Origin: Chloroflexota bacterium
Lineage (GTDB): Bacteria; Chloroflexota; Dehalococcoidia; Lucifugimonadales; UBA3495
DNA length: 64,000 nt
Assembly (NCBI GenBank): GCA_027623675.1
Contig: JAQBVF010000005.1
Location: 74,236-138,235 of the forward strand
Direction: 5' to 3'
Below, piece by piece: positions 29,279-39,120 of this stretch. The notes beneath the pieces are model-generated. The model did no database searches and was not told the DNA's origin. It saw only the letters and a program-made list of their open reading frames with translations. The position numbers and the translations under genes are program-made. Position 1 is the stretch's first letter, and each line of letters starts with the position of its first letter.

Positions 29279-30292
29279 ATGCCGCCTCCAGACAAATACC
29301 AGCCATATCAACAGGCCCTGGAACAAGAGCTCAAGGCAGTGTTTGAGTCCAGAGAGGGGTTCCTGTATGACGTGCTCCGCTATCACCTGGGCTGGGTGGA
29401 CCAGCAGGGGCAGCCAGCATCGGGCTCGGCGCCGCTGAATCTCCAGTCGGCGTTGGCCTTGGCTTCGTGCGACTCGTTGGGCGGCGGTTTCGCCAAGGCG
29501 CTGCCGGTGGCTGCCAGCGTGGAGTTGGTCTACAACTTCACCCTGGTGCACGGCGACGTACAAGCCGGCCGGACAGACCCTGGCGACCGTCCCAGCATCT
29601 GGTGGGTCTGGGGCCCCGCCCAGGCCATCAACGCCGGTGACGGTCTGCACGCCCTGGGCCGCACCACCATGATGCGCCTGGCCCAGAACGGGGTGCCCGC
29701 GGACAGGGTCTTGAGGGCGGTTAGGTCATTGGACCAAGCCTGCCTCAGCCTCTGCGAAGGCCAGTACATGGACCTGCAATTCCAAGACCAGATGATGGTC
29801 ACCACCGCCGATTACCTGGATATGATCGGCCGCAAGGCGGGTGCGCTGGCCTCTTGCGCCGCCGAGGCCGGGGCGCTGGCCGCGGGCGTCGGCGACCAAG
29901 CTTGCGCCAGTTTCGCCCAGATGGGCCGGGGCCTGGGCATGGCCTGGCAGATCGCCCGGGACATCGACGACCTATGGGGGGAGCACGGCGACGGCATGAC
30001 GCCCAGCAACGTCCTTAATAAGAAGAAGAGTCTGCCGCTGGTGCACACCCTGGAGAACGCCAGCGTCAGCGTGAAGCGGGAATTGGGCGCCATATATATG
30101 AAGCGTGTTCTGGAAGCAGCCGACATCGCCAAGATGGTGGAGGTGCTGGACGGCGCCGGTGCGCGGCAAGCGTCCCAGGAAAAGGCACAGGAACTGGTTG
30201 ACCAGGCGATCGCGGGCCTCACAGGGGTCGCGCCAGACGAGATTGATGATTTGGCCGCACTGGGACGATGGGCGGCTGCCGGAGGCCGGTGA
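29279..30292 (+). CDS. polyprenyl synthetase-fold protein with degenerate aspartate-rich motifs
   Basis: VELVYNFTLVH, QAINAGD, EGQYMD and KKKSLP are present, but the FARM reads HGDVQA and the SARM reads ARDIDD. Confidence 0.85.
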   Translation: MPPPDKYQPYQQALEQELKAVFESREGFLYDVLRYHLGWVDQQGQPASGSAPLNLQSALALASCDSLGGGFAKALPVAASVELVYNFTLVHGDVQAGRTDPGDRPSIWWVWGPAQAINAGDGLHALGRTTMMRLAQNGVPADRVLRAVRSLDQACLSLCEGQYMDLQFQDQMMVTTADYLDMIGRKAGALASCAAEAGALAAGVGDQACASFAQMGRGLGMAWQIARDIDDLWGEHGDGMTPSNVLNKKKSLPLVHTLENASVSVKRELGAIYMKRVLEAADIAKMVEVLDGAGARQASQEKAQELVDQAIAGLTGVAPDEIDDLAALGRWAAAGGR

Positions 30293-31488
30293 TGGCTAAA
30301 CGGAGACTGGACCAACTGAACGTGGCCGGAAAAAGAGTGCTGGTGCGCGTCGATTTCAACGTGCCCATCGACCAGGGCATAGAGGGCATATCCCTCTACG
30401 ACCAGCGCCTGCGGGCCACCCTGCCGACCATCCGCTATCTGATTGAAAAGGATTGCCGCGTGGTGCTTTGCTCTCACCTGGGCCGCCCCAACGGCGAGGT
30501 GGTGGAAGGGCTGCGCTTGGCTCCCGTTGGCGACCGGCTGGCCATACTGCTGGAGCGCCCGGTGAGAAGCATCCCGGAGGCCACCGGCCCGTCCGTCGCG
30601 GCAGCCATTTCCGAGATGTCCGCCGGCGACGTGCTCCTATTGGAGAACCTGCGGTTCCACCCCGGCGAGGAGAAGAACGACGGGGCTTTCGCCTGTGAGT
30701 TGGCCGACTCGGTGGACTGCTTCGTGATGGACGCCTTCGCCGTAGCCCACCGTGCCCACGCCTCCACCGTTGGCGTCACCAAGTTTTTGCCCTCGGCCAT
30801 GGGCCTGCTGGTCCAGAAAGAGGTCGAGTCCATGGGCCGAGCCTTGGAGTCTCCAGAGAAGCCTTTGGCGGCGCTGATGGGCGGGGCGAAGGTCAGCGAC
30901 AAGATACTTCTTTTGGACAACCTCCTGGAGAAGCTGGACTACCTGATCATCGGCGGCGGCATGTGCGTTACCTTCTTGAACGCCATGGGGTACTCCACCG
31001 GCGCGTCCAGGATCGAGGAGGACCGCCTGGACTTCGCTCGAGAAATCATGCAGCGGGCCGAAGCCGCCGGCGTCAAGCTATATCTGCCCGATTACGTGGT
31101 CATCGCCAACGAGTTCGCAGCCGATCCGGGTGACGTTGATGTCATGCACGTGGGCGATGTCCCCGACGGCTGGTACATCATGGACATCGACCCATCCTCG
31201 GCCCAGGAGTTCTCCAAGGCCCTGGGCAAGTGCAAGACCATCATCTGGAACGGCCCGATGGGCGTGTTCGAGATGCCCAGGTTCAGCGAGGGCACGCGCT
31301 CCGTGGCCAATGCCATCGCGGCGCTGAGCGGCGTAACCACCGTGGTGGGCGGCGGCTCGACCGCCGAGGCGGTGGAGGAACTGGGCCTGATGGACAAGAT
31401 GACTCACGTCTCCACCGGTGGCGGGGCGTCACTGGAATTCCTGGAAGGCAAAGAACTGCCGGGAATCGCTGCGCTGCCGGACGCGTGA
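30292..31488 (+). CDS. pgk: phosphoglycerate kinase
   Basis: RVDFNVP, SHLGRP, LENLRF, WNGPMGVFE, HVSTGGGASLEFLEG. Confidence 0.98.
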   Translation: MAKRRLDQLNVAGKRVLVRVDFNVPIDQGIEGISLYDQRLRATLPTIRYLIEKDCRVVLCSHLGRPNGEVVEGLRLAPVGDRLAILLERPVRSIPEATGPSVAAAISEMSAGDVLLLENLRFHPGEEKNDGAFACELADSVDCFVMDAFAVAHRAHASTVGVTKFLPSAMGLLVQKEVESMGRALESPEKPLAALMGGAKVSDKILLLDNLLEKLDYLIIGGGMCVTFLNAMGYSTGASRIEEDRLDFAREIMQRAEAAGVKLYLPDYVVIANEFAADPGDVDVMHVGDVPDGWYIMDIDPSSAQEFSKALGKCKTIIWNGPMGVFEMPRFSEGTRSVANAIAALSGVTTVVGGGSTAEAVEELGLMDKMTHVSTGGGASLEFLEGKELPGIAALPDA

Positions 31489-31659
31489 ACCCGGTCCGGT
31501 CATAAATCGAACTGCCGGGAATCGCTGCGCTGCCGGACGCATGAACCCGGTCGGTCCATAAATCGAACTGCCGGGAATCGCTGCGCTGCCGGACGCATGA
31601 ACCCGGTCGGTCCATAGACGAACTGCCCGGCATTGCGGTCTCGCCGGCCCCGTGAATCC
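31453..31659. repeat. ~56-bp tandem repeat (three near-identical units plus one diverged unit) containing the pgk 3' end
   Basis: units start at 31453, 31509, 31565 and 31620. Confidence 0.93.
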
Positions 31660-31699
31660 GGCGGATCGAGTGATAAGCTGTAGGGCGAGGGATTACATC

Positions 31700-32905
31700 A
31701 TGATTGACGTTGAAGAACTGAGAGATTGTTACACCAACACGCCGTCCAAGATGGTTCTGCTGGTTGCCGATGGTTTGGGCGGGCTGGCCCACCCGGACAC
31801 CGGAAAGTCGGAGCTGGAAACCGCCCACACCCCAAATCTTGACGCCCTAGCCCAGAAAAGCGCCTGCGGGTTGACCACTCCGGTCCTGCCAGGGGTGGCG
31901 CCCGGCAGCGGCCCCGGTCACCTGGCCCTGTTCGGCTACGACCCGCTGAAGCACCAGATCGGGCGCGGCGCATTGGAGGCACTGGGCATCGAGGTAGACT
32001 TGGCCCCAGGTGATGTGGCGGCCAGGGGAAACTTCTGTCTGGTCGACGGCGACGGCCTGCTGGTGGACCGGCGCGCCGGACGTATCCCCACCGAGTTCAG
32101 CGCCCCCATCTGCGAACGGCTGGACCAGATCGAGCTTCCCGGAGTGCAGGTAGATGTCTTCTCGGTGCAGGACTACCGGTTCGTGCTGCGGCTGCGCGGC
32201 GAAGGTCTTTCCGCCGCTGTCACCGAGACCGACCCACAGGTCACCGGCGCCAAGGCCCTGGCGGTTAGGCCGCTCAAACCCGAAGCGCAGAAGACTGCCG
32301 ACCTGGTCAACCAGTTCGTGGAGCAGGCAGCGCGGTTGATGTCCGAAGACGAGCGGGCCAACATGCTGCTGCTGCGGGGATTCGCCCAGATGCCGTCCCT
32401 CCCTCCCATGGGCGAAGTGTACCGGCTGAACCCGGCCGCCATCGCCGCTTACCCCATGTACCGGGGACTGGCCACCGTGGCCGGCATGAACGTCATCCCC
32501 ACCGGCCATACCTTCGCCGACGAGGTGGACACCCTCCGGAAGAACTGGCACAACCACGATTTCTTCTTCATCCACTACAAGCCCGCCGACGCAGCCGGGG
32601 AAGACGGCGACTTCGACGCCAAAGTGAAGCGCCTGGAGGAACTGGACCCGTTCATCCCCGAGATTCTCGACCTTGGGCCGGACGTGTTGATGGTGGCCGG
32701 AGACCATGCCACTCCCGCCGTGATGGCCGCCCATAGTTGGCATCCGGTGCCCTTCATGCTCCACTCCAAGCTGACGATGGGTCTGGGGATACCCACCTTC
32801 GACGAGAGGGCCTGCGCCCTGGGAGCCATCGGCAGCGTCCCGGCCACCAGCGTCATGCTGCTGGGCCTCTCACACGCCGGCAAGATGACCAAGTTTGGCC
32901 CCTAG
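31700..32905 (+). CDS. apgM: 2,3-bisphosphoglycerate-independent phosphoglycerate mutase, archaeal type
   Basis: ADGLGG, ETAHTPNLD, PGSGPGHLALFGYDP, DRRAGRI, AGDHATP. Confidence 0.92.
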   Translation: MIDVEELRDCYTNTPSKMVLLVADGLGGLAHPDTGKSELETAHTPNLDALAQKSACGLTTPVLPGVAPGSGPGHLALFGYDPLKHQIGRGALEALGIEVDLAPGDVAARGNFCLVDGDGLLVDRRAGRIPTEFSAPICERLDQIELPGVQVDVFSVQDYRFVLRLRGEGLSAAVTETDPQVTGAKALAVRPLKPEAQKTADLVNQFVEQAARLMSEDERANMLLLRGFAQMPSLPPMGEVYRLNPAAIAAYPMYRGLATVAGMNVIPTGHTFADEVDTLRKNWHNHDFFFIHYKPADAAGEDGDFDAKVKRLEELDPFIPEILDLGPDVLMVAGDHATPAVMAAHSWHPVPFMLHSKLTMGLGIPTFDERACALGAIGSVPATSVMLLGLSHAGKMTKFGP

Positions 32906-32960
32906 CCGGCACGCCCGATCACTGTTTGGATCCACCCATCTGTTCGTTGGAGATATGACC

Positions 32961-33719
32961 ATGCCCGATCTGGTCGTCGCCGGAAACTGGAAGATGAACA
33001 CCACCTTGGCCGAGGCCACGGCCCTTGCCGCCGGGGTCAGAGACGGCGCAGCTTCAGTTTCCGGGGTGAAATTGGTGCTCTGCCCGCCATTCATATCGCT
33101 GGCCGCGGTGAGTGACGCGGTTAAGGGTTCTGCGGTGAAGGTTGGCGCGCAGAACATGCACTTCCAGGACTCCGGCGCTTTCACCGGCGAGGTCTCGCCG
33201 CTCATGCTCCGGGGCCTGTGCGATTACGTCATAATCGGCCATTCGGAACGCCGTCAGATGTTCGGCGAGACCGACGGCTCGGTTAACAGCAAGGTCAAGG
33301 CGGCGCAGGCCGCCGGACTCAAGCCCATCCTCTGCGTCGGCGAGACATTGGAGCAGCGGGAACAGGGCCAGGCATCCGACATAATCAGCGGCCAGGTCCG
33401 CGCTGGGCTGGATGGAGTGAGCGACTCCGCCGACCTGATCGTCGCCTACGAGCCGATCTGGGCCATCGGGACCGGCCAGGCCGCGACCCCTGAGACCGCC
33501 GCCGAGATCATGGGCGGGGCAATCTTGGAGACCCTGCGCAGCCTGTTCGCCACCGCCGCCGAAAACATCCCCCTGCTCTACGGCGGCAGCATGAACGGCG
33601 GCAACGCCGGCGATTTCGCCGCCCAGTCCTGCATCCACGGCGGACTGGTGGGCGGCGCCGCGCTGCAAGCCGACCAGTTCATCCAGGTGGCCGCCGCGGT
33701 AGCCGGGGCCAAGAGCTAG
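32961..33719 (+). CDS. tpiA: triosephosphate isomerase
   Basis: AGNWKMN, GHSERR, AYEPIWAIGTG, LYGGS. Confidence 0.97.
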   Translation: MPDLVVAGNWKMNTTLAEATALAAGVRDGAASVSGVKLVLCPPFISLAAVSDAVKGSAVKVGAQNMHFQDSGAFTGEVSPLMLRGLCDYVIIGHSERRQMFGETDGSVNSKVKAAQAAGLKPILCVGETLEQREQGQASDIISGQVRAGLDGVSDSADLIVAYEPIWAIGTGQAATPETAAEIMGGAILETLRSLFATAAENIPLLYGGSMNGGNAGDFAAQSCIHGGLVGGAALQADQFIQVAAAVAGAKS

Positions 33720-33753
33720 CCGACGGCCTGGCCTAGCAGCGTAGGTTCATACC

Positions 33754-34686
33754 GTGGCTACCACACCGAGACCCCTCATCGCCGTCGTCGGCCCCACTGC
33801 CGTGGGCAAGACCCGCTTGGCCATTGAACTGTGCCAACGTTTCGGAGGCGAGGTCATCAACGCCGACAGCCGCCAGGTCTACCGGGGCATGGAGATCGGC
33901 ACCGCAAAGCCCACCCCGGAAGAACGCTTCCAGGCTCCCCACCACCTTCTGGACCTGCTCGACCCGCCTGAACCGTTTGGCATCGGGATGTTCCTGCCCC
34001 TAGCCGCCCAGGCTGCGTTTGATATCGCCGGCAGAGGCAGGCTACCCATCCTAGCCGGCGGGAGCGGCCAATATATCTGGGCCATGCTGGAGGGTCAGAC
34101 CGTGCCTTCCGTGCCGCCCGACCTGGAGCTTCGAGCGGAGTTGGAACGAGAGGCCGAGGAATCCGGGTCCCAGGCGCTGCATGACCGCCTGCGGCGGATA
34201 GACCCGGTTCGGGCGGACGCCATCGACCACCGGAACGTTCGCCGGGTGGTGCGCGCCCTGGAGATCTACCGCACCACCAACCGGAAGCCGTCGGAGTTTG
34301 TTCCCGACACGTCCATCTCCAGTCATCACCTGGTGATCGGACTGACCATGGACCGCCAGGCCCTGTACCAGCGCATCGACGAACGGGTGGACGCCATGAT
34401 GGCCGCGGGTTTCCTGGCCGAGGTGGAGCGCTTGGCGCAGGCCGGTTTTCCCATGGGGCGGGGGGCGCTGGACTGCCCCGGCTACCGGGAGTTGGGTCAG
34501 CACTTGGAGGGCAAGTTGCCGCTGGAGGACGCCGTCTCCCGGACCAAGACGCAAACCCATCGTCTGGTGCGGCGTCAGTACACCTGGTTTAAGGCAGCCG
34601 ACCCCCGGATCCGGTGGTTGGACGCCTCCGCCCCTGACGCCGCCAGTCAGGCACGGGAACTGGTGTCAGCGCACCTGTCTTCGTAG
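33754..34686 (+). CDS. miaA: tRNA dimethylallyltransferase
   Basis: GPTAVGKT, ADSRQVYRGMEIGTAKP, RRQYTWF. Confidence 0.97.
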   Translation: MATTPRPLIAVVGPTAVGKTRLAIELCQRFGGEVINADSRQVYRGMEIGTAKPTPEERFQAPHHLLDLLDPPEPFGIGMFLPLAAQAAFDIAGRGRLPILAGGSGQYIWAMLEGQTVPSVPPDLELRAELEREAEESGSQALHDRLRRIDPVRADAIDHRNVRRVVRALEIYRTTNRKPSEFVPDTSISSHHLVIGLTMDRQALYQRIDERVDAMMAAGFLAEVERLAQAGFPMGRGALDCPGYRELGQHLEGKLPLEDAVSRTKTQTHRLVRRQYTWFKAADPRIRWLDASAPDAASQARELVSAHLSS

Positions 34687-34756
34687 CTGATTTCGGGGTC
34701 GATCACACGTGGCCCTGTGTTACAATTGGCCTTCCTGTTCCACTAGGAGTCCAGAC

Positions 34757-35608
34757 ATGAGATTCACTAAGATGCACGGCGCCGGCAACGACTATGTTTA
34801 CGTTGATGCCCGGTCCGAGCAGCGTGACTGGCCGGAGCTCGCCCGCCGGATGAGCGATCGCCATTTCGGTGTGGGCGGTGACGGCCTCATCTTGATCAAA
34901 AACTCGGATGTGGCCGACCTGAAGATGAGCATGTTCAACGCCGACGGATCAGAGGCCGAGATGTGTGGCAACGGCATCCGCTGTTTCGTGAAGTATTCCA
35001 TCGACCATGGCATCGTTGCGGCGACGTCCGAGTCGGTGAGCGTCGAGACCCTTGCCGGGATCCGGCACATCGTGCCCCTGCTTGAAGATGGACAGGTCAT
35101 CGGCGCCCGGGTTTCCATGGGGCTGCCAATACTTACGCCTGATGATGTACCGGTGAAGCTGGAATCTGCTGGGGAATACGGCTCAGGCCCGGTGCTGGGC
35201 TACCCTTTCCAGATGGACGGACACGACCTGCCCCTCAGTTTTGTCTCCATGGGCAATCCCCATGCGGTGACCTTCATCGACACGCCGGTGGCCGATTTTC
35301 CGCTGCATGCCGTGGGCCCCAAGGTGGAGAACCACTCGATCTTCCCCCGGCGGGTCAACTTCGAGATCGTGAACGTGGACAGTCCCACCCATCTGACGGC
35401 CCGCGTTTGGGAACGTGGGTCCGGGGAAACACTGGCCTGCGGCACCGGGGCCTGCGGAATCGCGGTGGCATCCATACTTGGCGGACATAGCGGCAACTCG
35501 GTTGACATAACCCTTCCCGGCGGCACCCTTAAGGTCGACTGGGACGGCGCGGGAGAGGTCTTCTTAGAAGGCCCGGCACAGGAAGTTTTTAGCGGGGAAT
35601 GGACATAG
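34757..35608 (+). CDS. dapF: diaminopimelate epimerase
   Basis: KMHGAGNDY, MCGNGIRC, GNPH, WERGSGETLACGTGAC; AGGAG RBS. Confidence 0.97.
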   Translation: MRFTKMHGAGNDYVYVDARSEQRDWPELARRMSDRHFGVGGDGLILIKNSDVADLKMSMFNADGSEAEMCGNGIRCFVKYSIDHGIVAATSESVSVETLAGIRHIVPLLEDGQVIGARVSMGLPILTPDDVPVKLESAGEYGSGPVLGYPFQMDGHDLPLSFVSMGNPHAVTFIDTPVADFPLHAVGPKVENHSIFPRRVNFEIVNVDSPTHLTARVWERGSGETLACGTGACGIAVASILGGHSGNSVDITLPGGTLKVDWDGAGEVFLEGPAQEVFSGEWT

Positions 35609-35658
35609 ACTGCTCGGGAACAGGGCAACCTGAATCGTGGTAGCCTGAGGTCAAGACC

Positions 35659-35958
35659 ATGAAACTCTACAAATTGCCGCTTGTGATTCACCAGCCCAGC
35701 GAAGAGACGGAGGACAGACTCATGGCGGAAGTCCCGTCCATTCCGGGATGCCGGGCGTGGGGGGATACCCCAACCGAAGTCATGGAGAACCTCCAGAGTG
35801 TAGCCGCTGGCTTCATAGACTCTTACTCGGCGAGCGGCGACCCGCTGCCGGCAGGCGTTGAGGCAATATCGACAGGGGAATCCAGATCCCAGGAGAGTTC
35901 ACGGTTGCAGTTTGAACTACCGCGAATTAACCCGGCGATTGTGCCGAATGGGTTGTGA
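35659..35958 (+). CDS. hicB: HicB-family antitoxin
   Basis: AEVPSIPGCRAWGDTPTEVMENL HicB pattern; C-terminus possibly frameshifted. Confidence 0.82.
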   Translation: MKLYKLPLVIHQPSEETEDRLMAEVPSIPGCRAWGDTPTEVMENLQSVAAGFIDSYSASGDPLPAGVEAISTGESRSQESSRLQFELPRINPAIVPNGL

Positions 35959-36121
35959 ATTGGATAGGATGGCGCGGGGAGACCACGAAATCTGGATCAA
36001 TACAATGAATCACCAACGGACCTCGATACCTGATTGGAGAGGTCGCGATCTCAAACCAGGCACTATAAGTGCGATATTACGCGACCCGGGAATCTCCAGA
36101 GGTGACTTCGAACGGCCGTAG
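35912..36121 (+). CDS. hicA: HicA-family toxin
   Basis: YRELTRRL..G...R..RGDHEIW...IP...DLKPGTISAILRD. Confidence 0.82.
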   Translation: MNYRELTRRLCRMGCELDRMARGDHEIWINTMNHQRTSIPDWRGRDLKPGTISAILRDPGISRGDFERP

Positions 36122-36164
36122 GGAAATGCCCGTTATTATTCGCAGGGAGAACTAAAGTCGAATC

Positions 36165-37343
36165 ATGAAATTTTCGGACCGATTGGGGAAATTGTCCCCT
36201 TATCCTTTCGTCGAGATATCGCGGATCATCGCTGAGAAGCGTGCCGCCGGGGCCGACGTGGTCACCTTTGGCATCGGCGACCCCGACATTCCCACGCCGC
36301 AGCCCATCATCGACCGGCTGCTGACGGCGTCTCAGCACGCGCCCAACCACCGGTATCCGGAGACCGACGGCCTGCCCGAGATGCGCCGCGCCTTCGCCCA
36401 GTGGTACGACACCCGCTTCAACGTGAAGTTGGACCCGGACACCGAGGTACTACCCCTGATCGGCGCCAAAGAGGGCATCGGCCATGCCGCTTTCGCCTTC
36501 ATCGACCCCGGCGATATCGCCCTGATCCCCGATCCGGCCTACCCGGTGTACGGGGTGGGCACCATGTTCGCGGGCGGCGAGAGCCACATCATGCCGCTGT
36601 ACGAGAGCAATGGCTGGCTGCCCGAGCTGGACGCGATCCCCGCCGACGTGGCCCGCGCCGCCAAGTTGATGTGGTTGAATTACCCGAACAACCCCACCAG
36701 CGCCGTGGCCAGCGAAGAGGACTACGCATCGGCCATCGCTTTTTGCCGGGAGAACGACATCGCCCTGCTGCACGACGCCGCCTACAGCGAGGTCGGCTAC
36801 GACGGCTACAAGCCAATAAGCTACCTTCAAGTGGCGGGTTCCAAGGACGTTGGGCTGGAGTTCCATTCCCTGTCCAAGACCTACAACATGACCGGGTGGC
36901 GGATCGGCATGGCCGTGGGCAACGCCGACATGATTAAGGCGCTGTTCCAGATCAAGGCCAATCTGGATTCCGGGGTGCCTCAGGCCGTTCAGGAGATGGC
37001 CATGGAGGCCCTGACCGGTCCTCAAGATTGTGTGGCGGATAACCTGGACGCCTACACCCGCCGCCGCGACCGGGTGATCAAAGCGGTCAAGGCCATGGGC
37101 ATGAACGTGGCTGTTCCCCAGGCCAGCCTATACATCTGGGCCAGGGTGCCGGAGGGTTACACCTCCGCTGAGATGGCCCAATCGCTGCTGGAAGAACTGG
37201 ATGTTGTGGTAACGCCCGGTTCCAGTTATGGTAAATATGGTGAGGGTTACATCCGCCTGTCGCTGACCACTCCCGACGAACAGGTAGAGAAGGGCTGTCA
37301 GCGGATGGAAGCCTGGAACATTCCCCCGCCAAAAGGCGCATAG
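36165..37343 (+). CDS. dapL: LL-diaminopimelate aminotransferase (class I/II PLP enzyme)
   Basis: GIGDPD, GAKEG, NYPNNPT, SLSKTYNMTGWR; near dapF. Confidence 0.88.
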   Translation: MKFSDRLGKLSPYPFVEISRIIAEKRAAGADVVTFGIGDPDIPTPQPIIDRLLTASQHAPNHRYPETDGLPEMRRAFAQWYDTRFNVKLDPDTEVLPLIGAKEGIGHAAFAFIDPGDIALIPDPAYPVYGVGTMFAGGESHIMPLYESNGWLPELDAIPADVARAAKLMWLNYPNNPTSAVASEEDYASAIAFCRENDIALLHDAAYSEVGYDGYKPISYLQVAGSKDVGLEFHSLSKTYNMTGWRIGMAVGNADMIKALFQIKANLDSGVPQAVQEMAMEALTGPQDCVADNLDAYTRRRDRVIKAVKAMGMNVAVPQASLYIWARVPEGYTSAEMAQSLLEELDVVVTPGSSYGKYGEGYIRLSLTTPDEQVEKGCQRMEAWNIPPPKGA

Positions 37344-37409
37344 TCAAAAGCCGGATCCCATCGGGCCGCACCTGATTCTAACCGAAGGATAAGACCCATA
37401 AGTAAACGC

Positions 37410-38564
37410 TTGATAGCCACTGAGCCCGAACCCGAAAAGGCGGTGCTTGTCGCACTTGAGATGAACCGTCGCGACCACCCATGGTCATTGGACGAGACTC
37501 TCGCTGAGTTGGAGTACCTGGCCAACACTGCCGGTGCGGTGGTTGTGGGCGCGGTCACTCAGCGGGCTAACCGGCTTGGCCCCACCTACGTCGGCTCCGG
37601 CAAGGTGGATGAGATCCGGGAGATGGTCGCAGAGTTCGATGCCGATACCGTGATCTTCGATGACGAACTCAATCCGGCGCAGCAGCGTAACTTGGAGAAC
37701 GCGTTGGGCTGCAAGGTTATCGACCGCACCGCCCTGATTCTTGACGTTTTCGGCAAGCACGCTTCGACTTATGAAGGCAAATTACAGGTGGAACTAGCCC
37801 AACACGAATACCTCCTGCCTCGCCTGGCCGGACAGTGGTCCCACTTGGAACGTTTGGGCGGCGGGATCGGCACCCGAGGTCCGGGCGAGACTCAGATAGA
37901 GACCGACCGCCGGCTGGTCCGGAACCGTCTTCAGAAGATCAAGTCGGAGTTGGCCGGCGTGCGCCGGCGGCGTGCGATCCATATGGAACGCCGCAAGAAA
38001 TCGAGCATCCCCATGGCGACTCTGGTGGGCTATACCAACGCCGGCAAGAGCACGCTTTTCAACGCCCTCAGCAACGCCAAGGTGACCGCGGCCGACCAGC
38101 TGTTCTCGACCCTCGACCCGGTGACCCGGCGGATCAGGCTGCCGTCCGGCGCGCCCCTGCTGTTGAGTGACACTGTAGGATTCATCCAGAAGCTGTCCCC
38201 CAGCGTGGTGGCGGCCTTCCGGGCCACCCTGGAAGAACTGGACGAGTCGGACATCCTGCTCCATGTCATCGACGTCACCCATCCCAAGGCCGCGGAACAG
38301 ACCAGAGTGGTGGAGAAAACCCTGCGAGACCTGGGTCTGCTGGATCGGCCCAGGCTGCTGGTGATGAACAAGATGGACCTTGTTTCGGGCGGCTCGCCAG
38401 GCGACCGAACCCCCGGCGGGCTTCGGAGCGAAGAGGCGCAAGAGGGCATCTTGGTTTCGGCCGCCAAGGGCTGGAACCTGGACCACCTGCTTCGGGAGAT
38501 CGAGGAGTTGCTCATCTCCATCGATGGCCCGCTGACCGTGGTCAGCCCAGGTTCCTTCCGCTAA
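37410..38564 (+). CDS. hflX: GTPase HflX
   Basis: [31 protein letters not shown]. Confidence 0.97.
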   Translation: MIATEPEPEKAVLVALEMNRRDHPWSLDETLAELEYLANTAGAVVVGAVTQRANRLGPTYVGSGKVDEIREMVAEFDADTVIFDDELNPAQQRNLENALGCKVIDRTALILDVFGKHASTYEGKLQVELAQHEYLLPRLAGQWSHLERLGGGIGTRGPGETQIETDRRLVRNRLQKIKSELAGVRRRRAIHMERRKKSSIPMATLVGYTNAGKSTLFNALSNAKVTAADQLFSTLDPVTRRIRLPSGAPLLLSDTVGFIQKLSPSVVAAFRATLEELDESDILLHVIDVTHPKAAEQTRVVEKTLRDLGLLDRPRLLVMNKMDLVSGGSPGDRTPGGLRSEEAQEGILVSAAKGWNLDHLLREIEELLISIDGPLTVVSPGSFR

Positions 38565-38705
38565 CGGTTGCCGCCACGAACCTAGGCGGACCAACCCTGG
38601 CGGCGATTCAACCGCTACCGGCCAACTCCAAGCCACATGACATAATGATTTTCGGTTGTTTTTTCACGTGACCGGGCGGCCCCATGACCTGTTTGGTCTG
38701 GACCT

Positions 38706-38978
38706 TTATTCGTTGCCGATGAAATCGATCTGGTCGTTGTTGTTGGCGGCGTCGGCCCAGAACTGGGATGTCGATATGGCGTTCATCAACTCCAATTGGA
38801 TGGATTCGCCGGGGACCAACGACATGCCGTCGATGGATGAGACGTCGCTTCCACCCAGATAGCAGGTGCCGGTGTTGTCGTTGCGGGCCTTGAACACCAT
38901 GGACCTGGCGTTGCCCTTGCTGGCCGCCTGGACCGCGGTGCCGGCGGCGGTGATTTTGATGGTGCCTGAGATGGCCAT
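38706..38978 (-). CDS. small beta-rich hypothetical protein (90 aa)
   Basis: MAISGTIKITAAGTAVQ...KARNDNTGTCYLGGSDVSS..G.SL.PGES; AGGGG RBS. Confidence 0.7.
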   Translation of the reverse strand: MAISGTIKITAAGTAVQAASKGNARSMVFKARNDNTGTCYLGGSDVSSIDGMSLVPGESIQLELMNAISTSQFWADAANNNDQIDFIGNE

Positions 38979-39059
38979 ACTTCTTGCCCCCTGAAATTTT
39001 AGTGTGATCGACGACAAAGGCTGGAGGTCCACCGGGGAATGACCGGCAGATCTACCCCG

Positions 39060-39120
39060 AACTTCTCGCTAACTTCTCGCTAACTTCCCGTGAACCCCCG
39101 TGAACTTCCCGGTGAATTTC
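39060..39120. repeat. degenerate ~11-bp tandem repeat (AACTTCTCGCT / AACTTCCCGTG)
   Basis: seen directly, about 5 units. Confidence 0.7.

Noticed and set aside
31453..31659. CRISPR-like periodicity (about 36-bp repeat plus 20-bp spacer)
   Set aside because: The spacers are near-identical, the repeat is the pgk coding end, and no cas genes are present
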